Positions 50,569-61,483 of a DNA stretch of 64,000 bases are shown in pieces. The position numbers were made by a program, and so were the translations under genes. The notes below the pieces were generated by a model, which did not search any database, was not told where the DNA came from, and was given only the letters and a program-made list of their open reading frames with translations. This stretch comes from Pseudovirgaria hyperparasitica (taxonomy: Eukaryota). The stretch lies in the NCBI GenBank assembly GCA_010093815.1, contig ML996573.1, one strand, 5' to 3'. The number at the start of each line of letters is the position of its first letter. Within the stretch, counting starts at the first letter, position 1.

Positions 50569-51881
50569 CAGTGCTTTTGAAGGAGACTATGTCTGTATCA
50601 GGAAATGTAGGTTGGGGGTTGAAAGTTCGCACAGCGAAATAAAGGGAGGAGAGGAGGTTGTCTACGTATGCGAGGGAATCGTTGACAGAGCGAGGTCTTT
50701 TTAATGGATATGCCAAGACATATTCACGGCATTGAATAGTGTCGAGAGTGAAGTTCATGGTGTTGACAAAGAAAGTCACGTGCACTTACCGACATTGTGA
50801 AATGTGCACTTTTCGCACGAGGTCAAATATGAACAGCGCTTTGATGAGCACAGACTATTGAACAATGCCAAATGCGCGGAGGACAATGCGAGACAGAGCG
50901 GGATCAAAAGGGTCTGGCCTTGCGAGAAGGAAAATGACGTATCACGAGATGAGATCACCTCTGTACAAAACGAAAGATGATCTGGGACTGCTAGAATGCG
51001 AAGAGAGATGCAATGACAGACAAGAAAATGCAGACGGCTAAAGCATTAAGTAGTGAAGGGGCTTGATCCTGCGCACTTGACGTTTGTCGATCCGGGACCG
51101 CAGTCGAATCACAAAGAGGCACAGTGTGTTTCTGAAACGTGAAGACCCCACCATGTGTGTCCTGTCGGGGGCGCAAGCGACCGTCGTTGGCTATCCCGCA
51201 AAGGCAGAGAGGGTCGTGCCGTTTCGTACCTTGCGGCCGCCCACCACACCATTTGTTGTTGGCGTCTTGATACGCGCCGTTGGATCGTTGGTTTCTGCAG
51301 CCACGAGTTTCATTTGCGGATGAAGAGACGCATACGCGCATGTTAAAAAGTTTCAAGTAGCCTTTTGTTGCCTTGCTTAGCCGAGAGATGCCCTAATAAC
51401 CTCCATGCTCACCAATTACCGCTACCGCCGACAAGAACCGGCTCCCGGCCCATGCTACGGGCCTTGGCGCGATATAGCCAAGTGATAGATCTCAAACGTC
51501 GACATAGTTACAGTCAAATCCCGTCAGAGCGATTCGAAGACGGCCACGTCAATCATATCTTCATGGCAAGATTATCGAATGGTTAATTCTTACATAAGCT
51601 AGTCCCCAAAGCGTTGATCAGCTAACTCTATTTGTAGACCACTTCAGTCTATGTTACTAATCTTTGAGGGCCTCTAAGCCCTAAGTAATACCTATTCTAC
51701 ACCTTTTTTTAAAACTCGATGTAACAATAATGAGCGCAAAAGAAACTATTCATCAAATACCGGGGTTTTGCATAATTATACCTGCCATTTCTGATAGGCC
51801 AGAGAAACCCCATCGTCATAGCCAGGTTATCGCTATAACAGATATTGTTATAATGGGATTTGGCCCTACTACGAACTTTTA

Positions 51882-54775
51882 TCAGACCTTCTCATGAGAT
51901 CCTTGTGTTTCATGACTCGTGCCGTCAGTTTCTTTAGTCTCAACTATCAAGAGTAGTGTGGTACCCAGATCACTGTAGCCCTCCATTTCACCGCACTTAT
52001 CTACGAGGTGCTTGACATCACGAAGCATACTATAAGACTTGATTAGCACCCCAATTCCACACAACTTCATCATGACATGGACTTGGAAATGTACAAGACA
52101 TACCATTCACGACCAGTATTTGTTACTGGGTCAGCTTTCTTGAATACGTCCACAAAGTGCTCTCGATAGCATGCAAACACCGGCGTCATCACACGCAGCA
52201 CTATCGATGATGGACATCGTTTACTTAAAGCTCTGTATATCTTGCCTGTATCCTTTGTGAGGCTTGTCATATACTGCCGCACATCAGTGGGACTCCCCAG
52301 GTTCCACTCAATCTCGCAGGCCTGTCTGGATAGCACACGAGCGCGCTGCTTCAGAATCTCCACTAGCTTCTCGTAGATAGCCTCCTGGTGCTCTCGAAAG
52401 GTGCGCTGCACCTTGTCAAATTCGTCGGACAGCTTCTTGTCCGAACGAGCCGTTCTTTGTGCAAAGTCGCGGATATGCGGGATGATCGAAGCCATAAAAC
52501 GGATCGCTTGCAAGGCAGATATCAGATTCGTATGCGTTATGACCGCGAGACCAGCAGAGTATATAGCACCTGCACCCAGGACTAGCTGGCGGCATCGTGA
52601 GTCAAACAGACGGAGGTATGATATCAATGACATAGTGGTCTCGGTCGCCATGGTGGGAATGCCGCATGACAAGCGTAGAAAGTGCGACGTTCCACGCAGG
52701 CAGAGAATCGCAGCCTTGGGAATAAGGAAGGACTCGTTGTCTATAATGGCACCACGGACTTTACCTGTTTGCTGGGCATTTTCAGTCATGTAAGCTTCGT
52801 TTTCTAACGTCTTTGGCGACGAATATTGCGGGCCGATATCGTGCAGAGAATCAAGTGTGCGGTGGTGAAGAACCTGGTCTAATATCTTGTTGTCCTCGGT
52901 TGTAAAATCTTCATCCTGCCAAATATCACTATTCATCTGTTGGGCAAGTGTCTCGTTCTGCATGTTTCCATGCTTTCTAACATAATCCTTAGCATGTCTA
53001 TCTATGACGGTTCTCAAGGAGGTTGATTGTTGTCCCAATATAGCTTCGCACTGCTTGACGAAGAGACTGTTTGAAGCATAGTAGCGGACAAAGGAGGTCA
53101 GCGGAGACTGAATGGTCTGCTCAGAACGAATCTGAAGGATCTCGATGATCTGCTCACAACCTGATGTCACAACACGTTTGAAAATGCTGGGAGTGTCGAG
53201 TAGTCTCCGTATCTCGTCTTGTAGTGCAGTCGTACCAATGAATGCGGCCATATCTAGAAGCAAGTCTGTTTGCCCTTGAATTCGCCTGAGCGTCTCAGTG
53301 ATGCCGATAAAGATGGAAAGTAGGAGCTCTTCAGCATGATGGTCTTTGAGACTGCGAACGATTCTTGTCAGAATTGCGGTTCGTTCTTGAAGCATACGAT
53401 GACTCCTACAGTCAGTTTTCAATCTTAATGGTACAGACCCTGGGTCGTCGTCTGAGGAAGAGAGTAGCTTATGAACAAAATTGAGGATCTCCTGGTTCAT
53501 AGCGTCTCGATATGTTCGAATAACCTTCGGTATAGATCTAGACTTATGAAGCCCGTGAAATGCAGGCACAAGTGATGTGCGGAGTTCTCCGAAGTGACTA
53601 ACATGCGTTGAAAATGCCAGCGATTCTTTAATGTCATCTTCCATGGATCGTAACGGGGAAGCTCGCCACCTCGACACTACTGCCTCCGTCTGAACAGACC
53701 GGACGTAGTTCCGCAAGTCGTCGATGAGGAAATTGAGAACTTGCGCCTCGAGAATATCACCAATATTAACCCGAAGATGGTCTAGGTCGTCACGGTATCC
53801 TTGTAAAGACGTAACTCCACGTAAATCTCGGAGTCGCGAACGTGGCATAGGGATCCCGACTGTTTCATCACGCTCACCGACTATCAACATGTCAATAGCA
53901 TCAATCTCAGTAAGAGCCTCTGCAGTCTGCCCTTGCTCAACTAACAGCTTCGCATGAGTACGCGCATGCGCGATGCGCTCTAGCTGCTGCATAGCATCTT
54001 GTAGTTGCTGAAGGTTATGGCGCATGCGCTTCTTCTGTAGCAGTCTCAAACCACCCGCTACAAGATTCTCATCCAGCGAAGCAAGGTCCTTGCGCAGGAT
54101 TGCTATATTCTCGACGAGTTCTGCAGCCTCAATATGTAGCTCTTCCAATGAAGCGAAGGTGGACGAGATTGGTGTAGCTGCCGTTGAAAGGGAGTTAATC
54201 AGATGAACTTCTGCTATGTCAATGTACCACGAGAGCTTTTCCTGCAGGATTGCATTGGTGGCTAAGGCTTTTCTGGGCTCTACTGCACCGATCTCGTCTC
54301 TCGATGTCATAAGTTCTGACCGCTCACTGACAATATCGAAAGTCCTTGGGTTTCTCAAATCGAATTGCTCATCGAAATATGCAACGGGTATCGTGGCCAA
54401 GGATGGCGCGTCATGCTTGCTTCGACGATCAAGCCCGCCAATGTCGCGCATGGTACCATCCAGCGGATTAGCATCTTCATCTACTACCAAACACTTGATC
54501 CGTCCACTCTTATCTGTTTCCCGACAATCATCCCTGCGGTCTCCTATTGACCTCAAAAGGTTATATATGGGTCCAATCCGCTCCACGTATGAATCGAACT
54601 CGCGTGTCTCAACGGGCGGTATCGACGTAAGAACAACGGGAGGAATGTCGCGTGCGGTCGGTATTCTATACAGGGCTGAGGGTGACACAGGCTTCTGTTG
54701 TACCAGTCCGCTTCGAGCTATCGGCGGTTGTAAAAGCGTCGAAATAGCTGTACAAACATAAGCTTGATCACACAT
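51882..54775 (-). CDS. VPS54: Divergent GARP-complex subunit Vps54-like protein; intron 52103-52030
   Basis: AISTLLQPP, PTARDIPPVVLT, FDLRNPRTFDIVSERS, RKALATNAILQEKLSWYID, YLRLFDSRCRQLVLGAGA; a 74-nt GTATGT..CTAAT..TAG intron leads to a final exon CMLRDVKHLV..*. Confidence 0.88.
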
Positions 54776-56635
54776 AGCAACGATTGGACTCGCGCTTCAC
54801 CATTTGGGCTGGTCTGAAGGTTTCGCGCTGTCGCGCTGATTGATGAGCATGATCGCACGTCCATGTGGCTCGTTGGGTGATATTCTGCTCCTCTCTCTCC
54901 TTTTGTTCTGGTGTCTGTCTGCTACGAGCATAGTATGGGTGTGAGGAGGCAATCGAACAATTACTGCTGTGAAAGCTTGCAACTCATAGAAACGCAAGCT
55001 GCGAACATGTGGCGCGCGCGATATACCACCAATTCCTTGCAAGTAGATGGTTCGCAGCTTGAACAAATGTGTCTAATGTGGATGTGGACTGATGCAGTTC
55101 CGCGCCCGCATTCTAGGCAGACACATTCCGCTCAACAGGTAATGCGATGAGGAGCAGGCACCGCATCAGATTATAACAAATAATGCATGTTAACTATGCT
55201 ACTCAACCAATTATACTAAGGTCTTCCCATCACCAAGTAAGAACTAGAATGCTGAACTATATTGTTCAAGCCCTCGCTATGTACGTATATATATATATGT
55301 TTATGCCGTATAAACAGGAGCCTGCTCCTTAAACTCCTCTAGTATTCAACGGTCGGACAACAGGGGTCAGCGCAGGGGGCAACATCCTAGCTAGTTTTAG
55401 TACTGTCCGTGCAGTAATTAATAGCTGCCTGCGTAAAGCCTCTGGCTCACTTTCCGTTCCATCTCAAAGACAGTCCTTCCAGCTACCAGGTATCAATAGC
55501 CAGATGTAGGAGCTCGACAGGCGAATAGTCTTCAAAGGAGCGCTCATATACTACTTGAACCCCACTCACTCATTCAGTACATTTACCTCTTAGCAATGGA
55601 CAGTGGCCTCTAACCGTAAAGGGTAGTGCATTAAACTAGTGCATTACCGCCTTAGTTCTAGTCATCTAATTACTTACTAATTTACTGTTAACATCGTCTC
55701 TTGAACTACCTCCAAACTTACATTGTAAAAGCAGCATTTGGGGAGCTATATACTGGCGGCGACTGAGAAGCCGTGGATTTACATTAATGCACTCCGTATC
55801 ATCATATGAAGTGGGCACCATGGTAGCACTATGTAGACTACTAGCACATACCGTACATCTGCACTGCCTGGTCGAAGACCAAATCAATACGACAACTCTA
55901 AGTGAATTAGAATTCAATTATTATATCAGCAGCTCATTGTGACCAGAAGGCAAAGCAATATATCAAAGCCATTTTTTTGTGATGAGCATCTGCTACCGGT
56001 ACGCACGACAATTCGGTATGTGTGGTTCATGTCGATTGCTAATATTTTGCCATTATAGCGGAGATCAAATTGTACCACATTTCAGATGCTATCATAGATC
56101 ATATGTGATATAGGCAATCAGAAGACTTCAAATGAGCCTGCTCACTGGTTTCTGGGAAGAGAATATTGCTTTCCACTGGTCTCCCTTGTTCCTGGTACAT
56201 GACATCTTGCATGTATACACCTGATAAGCAGCTGTGTCTCTAGTGCTAATATCAGTATTCTTTATTCGGCATGAGACCAGACATGAAGTGGTGAAGCCGC
56301 CAGGAACTATTCCTGACCAAGTGAAGTCGACATCGGGGTCATCGTCTCACACTAGTTATTCTAGCTGAACTATCTTATCAAATCTTTAAGTGACCTAGCA
56401 CGTTGCTTTACATCCATATAGCACAGTTTGGCGCTGGCTCCCAAGTCTACAGTGACACTGAAGTCAGATCAAGCGTCTCCGACCGATCATTCACTGTCTT
56501 CGATAGATCAGGTTCAATATAGTGACTTTCTTGTATGATGCGCTTCTTGTAAGTCTGGATTTGTTGCTGACATGCTATAGAGCTTCGCCCAAGTTCACCA
56601 AAGCACCAATCGCTTGGTATAGTAAGACATCAACA

Positions 56636-57805
56636 ATGGACAGGCTCAAACCTCATCGAGATTCCCTATCGCCATTCAACTACGACAGTCAACCAACACC
56701 AACTTTGTCTCATGCGATCTCCAGCCATGAGCAGACGTCAGGAAACCGATCTCATGATAACGTTACGCCTACGTCTAGCTTCGAAAGATCTAATCTGCCT
56801 TGTGAAAATGATAGCTATAGGCAGAAGAGCTATGTTCGTATGAAGAAATACGTACTAAGCCAGCTCACTTACAATCAACGCCTTCAAATCCGGAAAATAG
56901 TCGGCAGAATTCAAGAGGAAGCTAGAGGTGACCTAGACAAAGATGCGTGCTGGCTTCACAAGAGTTGGAGAGAAGATCCTAGCCCCGCGAGATGGTGCAA
57001 CAGGGTTCATCTTGGGATTAGCTTAGGTATTGGATATCTCAGTCTGAGCGTTACCCTGTGGCGTCACATCCTCGACGAGACTCTTTCTCTTGACCAGAAA
57101 CAAGGTTTCATATATGGAACACCATGGCCTAGCAGATTCACGAAGTCTGGAGCACTATACAAGTCTTCTCATGAAACATGGAGTCTGAGCCATCGTTGTG
57201 GCAACTTCCCATGTGTGAATGAACGCCACACTGTCTTGGAACGTCAGACAATCAACATCAACCGCAATAGGTGCCACAGGGGGACAAAGATATGCGATCA
57301 TCACCCGCTGTGTATCTTGGGATTGAAGATGTCCAAAGAACAACTTCGCCCTAAGCACGGCAAACGGCAACTTGAAACAGAGCCTTTAAGCAAGAAGAGC
57401 TCGTCTGCGATCTATATTGTGGAGACGACATCTGTTGCTCCACCACACGGTTCATGTAGCACTACAGCTCTTAGTAGCTCTTCGATGACTACTTCAGTCA
57501 CGCAACGTTCAGTCTCCCCTGAAATTGTCTTTCTGGGCCGTCGGCGTCGGTTTACAACTGCAAGAGGGTCGAATGATTCAATGGCCTCAGATCATGGGAG
57601 TGCCAGAGATACTGAGCAGGCACAATGTTGTCTGTTACGCGACACTCCTTTCGGCATTGGAAGGAATGCTCGGTCGCCATCTCCTGGATTTACCATCATT
57701 GGCGACGGTCCTGTCACAGACAAACCACGGTTCAGCCGCATGAGCACGACCTATCTGCACTCACCCTCGAGAATAATAATTGACCTCCGATCACCTTCGC
57801 CCTAA
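56636..57805 (+). CDS. Free-standing His-Me finger / His-Cys box endonuclease-domain protein (zinc-binding loop of homing endonuclease)
   Basis: CW..SHRCGNFPCVNERHTVLERQTININRNRCHRGTKICDHHPLC; ATG in CAACAATGG context at 56636; Ser-rich tail. Confidence 0.85.
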   Translation: MDRLKPHRDSLSPFNYDSQPTPTLSHAISSHEQTSGNRSHDNVTPTSSFERSNLPCENDSYRQKSYVRMKKYVLSQLTYNQRLQIRKIVGRIQEEARGDLDKDACWLHKSWREDPSPARWCNRVHLGISLGIGYLSLSVTLWRHILDETLSLDQKQGFIYGTPWPSRFTKSGALYKSSHETWSLSHRCGNFPCVNERHTVLERQTININRNRCHRGTKICDHHPLCILGLKMSKEQLRPKHGKRQLETEPLSKKSSSAIYIVETTSVAPPHGSCSTTALSSSSMTTSVTQRSVSPEIVFLGRRRRFTTARGSNDSMASDHGSARDTEQAQCCLLRDTPFGIGRNARSPSPGFTIIGDGPVTDKPRFSRMSTTYLHSPSRIIIDLRSPSP

Positions 57806-58158
57806 CGTTCCGGGCAGCTTCGTTGCTCGTCTCTAAGTGGTTCACTAATGATATAGGCAATTCTGGGATAGGTCTAGCTCAACTAAACAGATAACAATAC
57901 GGGTAACCACGGGACAGTGTAGCTTCTGGAAATGAAATATAAAGTCTTCCACTTCGCACTTGAATCTTTTTCCTATCTACGAATATTAGACTGCTTCCGC
58001 TTTGTTCCGGTGACCCGTGACTTCCGTTTCTCTTAAATAAACTTTATTTCATACCTCTTTGTTGTACAACCCGAAGTCCATCGCTTCAACTCGGCCTCAA
58101 ATCTTCTTTAACCGCCTCAATTGGTCAATTATTGGTTTGCGGTTGCGCACGGCTTATC

Positions 58159-58764
58159 ATGTCGGAGAGTCCACTCACCCAAGAGGAAGAGCAGGTCCTT
58201 GTTGAAGACCAAATCCTTATTCCCCTGCCATATCCCCACCAGTCCAGAACAAAGAAGGGAAAGGTTTTCGCGGCATTTTTTTCGAGCTTGTCTTCGCCGG
58301 ACTCATCAAGCATTCCACCAAGCGCTTCTGGCACCATATCGGTGTTCTACCAATCCACGAGCCCCAATATAGGCATCGAAATCCCCTTGGTTTTGCACAG
58401 CCCGGAAACCATTGAGTACCTTGGCTTTGAGATACGAATCGCACACGAGCTTTTCAGTCGATGGAATCATAGGCATCCTCGAATAGGGCTTCTGGACTTT
58501 GTGTACGGTCACACAGCGAGTGCCCGAGGGTTAAAGCTAGACAGTGCAAACATCTCGGACCGCGATGTCCTAGCTCAGCTTGGCGTACAGACTTGGCTTC
58601 AGGATACGACTCTCGACAAAGTCGCTTCACAGGTTGTCGATATCCACATTGTTCAATTCTGGCTTGACGACACTCTCAAGACCCGCTACAACTCACTGAG
58701 GTCGATGCTACATCTATTAAAATCACACGCCGTGTTAAGATTACACGAATCTGCACAAATCTGA
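58159..58764 (+). CDS. Hypothetical protein, 201 aa
   Basis: ATG at 58159 in the 210-aa ORF; globular-looking segment IEIPLVLHSPETIEYLGF..FSRW..LAQLGV..FWLDDTLKTRY. Confidence 0.65.
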   Translation: MSESPLTQEEEQVLVEDQILIPLPYPHQSRTKKGKVFAAFFSSLSSPDSSSIPPSASGTISVFYQSTSPNIGIEIPLVLHSPETIEYLGFEIRIAHELFSRWNHRHPRIGLLDFVYGHTASARGLKLDSANISDRDVLAQLGVQTWLQDTTLDKVASQVVDIHIVQFWLDDTLKTRYNSLRSMLHLLKSHAVLRLHESAQI

Positions 58765-59635
58765 TGACAGGCAATAGGATAGCAAATAGAGCTCGGAGGA
58801 GGAACTATATGTATCGAGGGTTGACAGAAGTGTGTGGTTACTTGAATTTTGAGGAATAGGTCGTCAGATAGGTGTCCAACTACATGCAGCCCGCCCAGAT
58901 TTTGTAACATAGTAATAAGTTAGCTCGATAATTCTATTATATGATCTTTGGCTTTCTATGATTCTGTCTGATGGCTATATTACCACATGAAATACCATCG
59001 AGTTACTTAGGTAGAAAGAGACTAGTCAGTCCCTAAGTAAAGCCTCGTGGAAAGTCTCAGATCCGCTCAGCTATAACTTTCCACGATGGGAAAGAGCTTA
59101 TCTGGTATTTTCAGAGACGCATCAGACCACTAGAAGAGTTCAACGACCTGATAGGCAAGAATAGCGCGAGAGGACACATCTGTCGAGGGTCTTCAGAATT
59201 CGTCCAAGGTGTATCGAAAGATAAATTTCAGGAGAAAATGACAGACCGCGCAATGATCGTTGATGGATGCAAAGCTTCACAGGTTATGATCATGAACGAG
59301 GAAGCTGCAAGAAGAATATTCCAAGAAGCGAAAGGAAGAGTTCATATCGAGATTGAACGCGATTGCACAAAGGTGGTTGCTTGGCATATACGGTAGAGGC
59401 AAAAGTGATATTGTATCTCTATGATTCCGGTCCTCAGTATCATATTCACTCACTTCCAGCATCTAGATAACAATCATTATGCATTCGAGTATGACCAGGG
59501 TTGCCATCTGTGTCATAAGTGAACTGCCAATTCTTCTATCTCGAATCATGAACCTCGCCTTGGAGATATCTCCATCGTTCCTAGATCCTACCTCCAGCAT
59601 CATTCTAGCAGTATCCTTGACGGCATCCAACCACT

Positions 59636-60388
59636 ATGGCGCTCTCTGAATACTCCAATAGCAGCAATCACCCTCCAAATACCACCCTCAAGCCCCCTGA
59701 ATCCAAACACCGCGTCCTCAGTAGACTCCACAGATCCCACCTCCGGCCCAAACTCCCACTTCCTCTCCCAGAGCACCAGCGCCTGAACCCACTCCTCGTC
59801 CCTCTTCCCGAGCGCAAGAGAATGGCCCTCAGCATCCTCTCCACCTCGCCCCTCAACGCGCCAAACCGCGCCAAAGTCGAAGCCTACGTAGCCACCGTCC
59901 AGACCGCCGCACGAGGCAACAAATCCGCGCTCGAATGCTGGTTCCACGCACCATGGGTCGCAAAACCCGGCGACAAGCGCTGGCGCACACACACCATCTC
60001 CAAGGCATTTACATTCCGCTTTGCGTTTGCACGAATCCATGTGGGGTTCCACTACGGCGTGTGGGCGTTACTCTGCGCAGGGCCACTCAGTGATGAGGCC
60101 CAAAAGGGGCTTGTTGAAGTTAGTCAGGACAAGAAGGTGACGTGGAAGACGGAGGGGTATGATCTGAGTCACTTGTGTGGGAGCTGGGTGTGTTGTAACC
60201 CTGCGCACTTGGTTGCGGAGCGTAGGAGGGTGAATATGGAGCGGAAGAGGTGTCACAGGATGGCGAGGTGTGTGGGTGGGAAGGGTGGAGAGCATGAGCC
60301 GAGATGTGTTGTTGGTGTGCAGTTGGCGAGTAGGGTGTTGGGGAATAGGAGGGATGAGGTTGTGGAGGAGTGGGATAGTGATTGCTGA
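59636..60388 (+). CDS. Second free-standing His-Me finger / His-Cys box endonuclease-domain protein
   Basis: ECW..LSHLCGSWVCCNPAHLVAERRRVNMERKRCHRMARC..HEPRC. Confidence 0.87.
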   Translation: MALSEYSNSSNHPPNTTLKPPESKHRVLSRLHRSHLRPKLPLPLPEHQRLNPLLVPLPERKRMALSILSTSPLNAPNRAKVEAYVATVQTAARGNKSALECWFHAPWVAKPGDKRWRTHTISKAFTFRFAFARIHVGFHYGVWALLCAGPLSDEAQKGLVEVSQDKKVTWKTEGYDLSHLCGSWVCCNPAHLVAERRRVNMERKRCHRMARCVGGKGGEHEPRCVVGVQLASRVLGNRRDEVVEEWDSDC

Positions 60389-61098
60389 GTTGGTGATCGT
60401 ATATGGCGAGGTCATCTTCTCACGACATTTGGGGACTGTGAGGTGGTGGTTAATTAGAGCGTTGATGTATGAGCTCAACGATGTGATATCAATGTGGTCG
60501 GGCATATCTTCGACGACATAAACGAATGCAGCGAGCTGGAAGAACTGCGGTTATCAAACCATGAAATAAAGTCTCAATACTTATATAACCACTGCTAAAT
60601 ACGAAACTTGATATGGTTTCACCAAAGATCGTTCTGTGCAGTTCAATCTGGAATTACCCCTGAGTCGATGCTGCCTCAGGCACGAATCAGTCAGCATAAG
60701 CCGCACTACTTACACAATTGATCTTTATAGACTTTATTATATCATATTTACGATTGGCTAGTATATCTACTTATTATCATCTGCTAATGACTAACAGGAC
60801 AATATAATTAGTGTAGCATAGCTAGCTGTGAGTGTGCATACAGCAGCGTTTACCTCTTTCGCAAAGTACATGATTCATGTATCAAATCATGCGGCGATCT
60901 TGAGACCTGGAGTGAATGACGTCGTTGACTGACCTAGTGATAACAAGCAAATCGTCATATCCCAGAGCAAACGGCGAACTGACGTGTCTGATCGTAAGTG
61001 AAAAGGTGAAGAAAGTGAAGAAAGTGAACAGTGACAAGCACGTGGTAGCAAGGAAACGTATCTGGCAGGCAGCACTGATCGTCAGACCACCGCTATTT

Positions 61099-61148
61099 TG
61101 TTATTGTTGTTGCTGTTGCTGTTGCTGTTTCTGTTGCTGGTGTTGTTG
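61099..61148 (+). repeat. (TGY)n trinucleotide microsatellite
   Basis: Run of TGT/TGC triplets. Confidence 0.8.
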
Positions 61149-61483
61149 ATATCGCGACTCGCACCGGATCTTCTCACCGCCGTCTCACTTACATTATCCT
61201 CCCATCCCAATCCCTAATGTGCGTCTGATGCATTCTTCGTATTGGCTCCATTATTCCCTTCTGTATTGTTTGATCCTTCTGTGCGCACTGTACATTGGCA
61301 GTGACGACCGTGTACCTATCGCTCTATCCGTTTCTGAACGTTCACGCTGGCTACTAAAATTCCTAACGGTCGGCGCCGTCGTTAGTATCGCCCTCTCCCT
61401 TCTTGGTTCTCCCTACAAGAAGCTCTTCGCTTCCAACAACAGTAGTGTTATACAACATTCTCCCTTCACGCTCAAACTGACAG

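Noticed and set aside
55620..55650. TAGTGCATTA direct repeat as a possible element end or target-site duplication
   Set aside because: The two copies are only a few bases apart and no matching copy flanks the nuclease genes.
60916..61149. ORF ending in poly-Cys
   Set aside because: Produced by the (TGY)n microsatellite.
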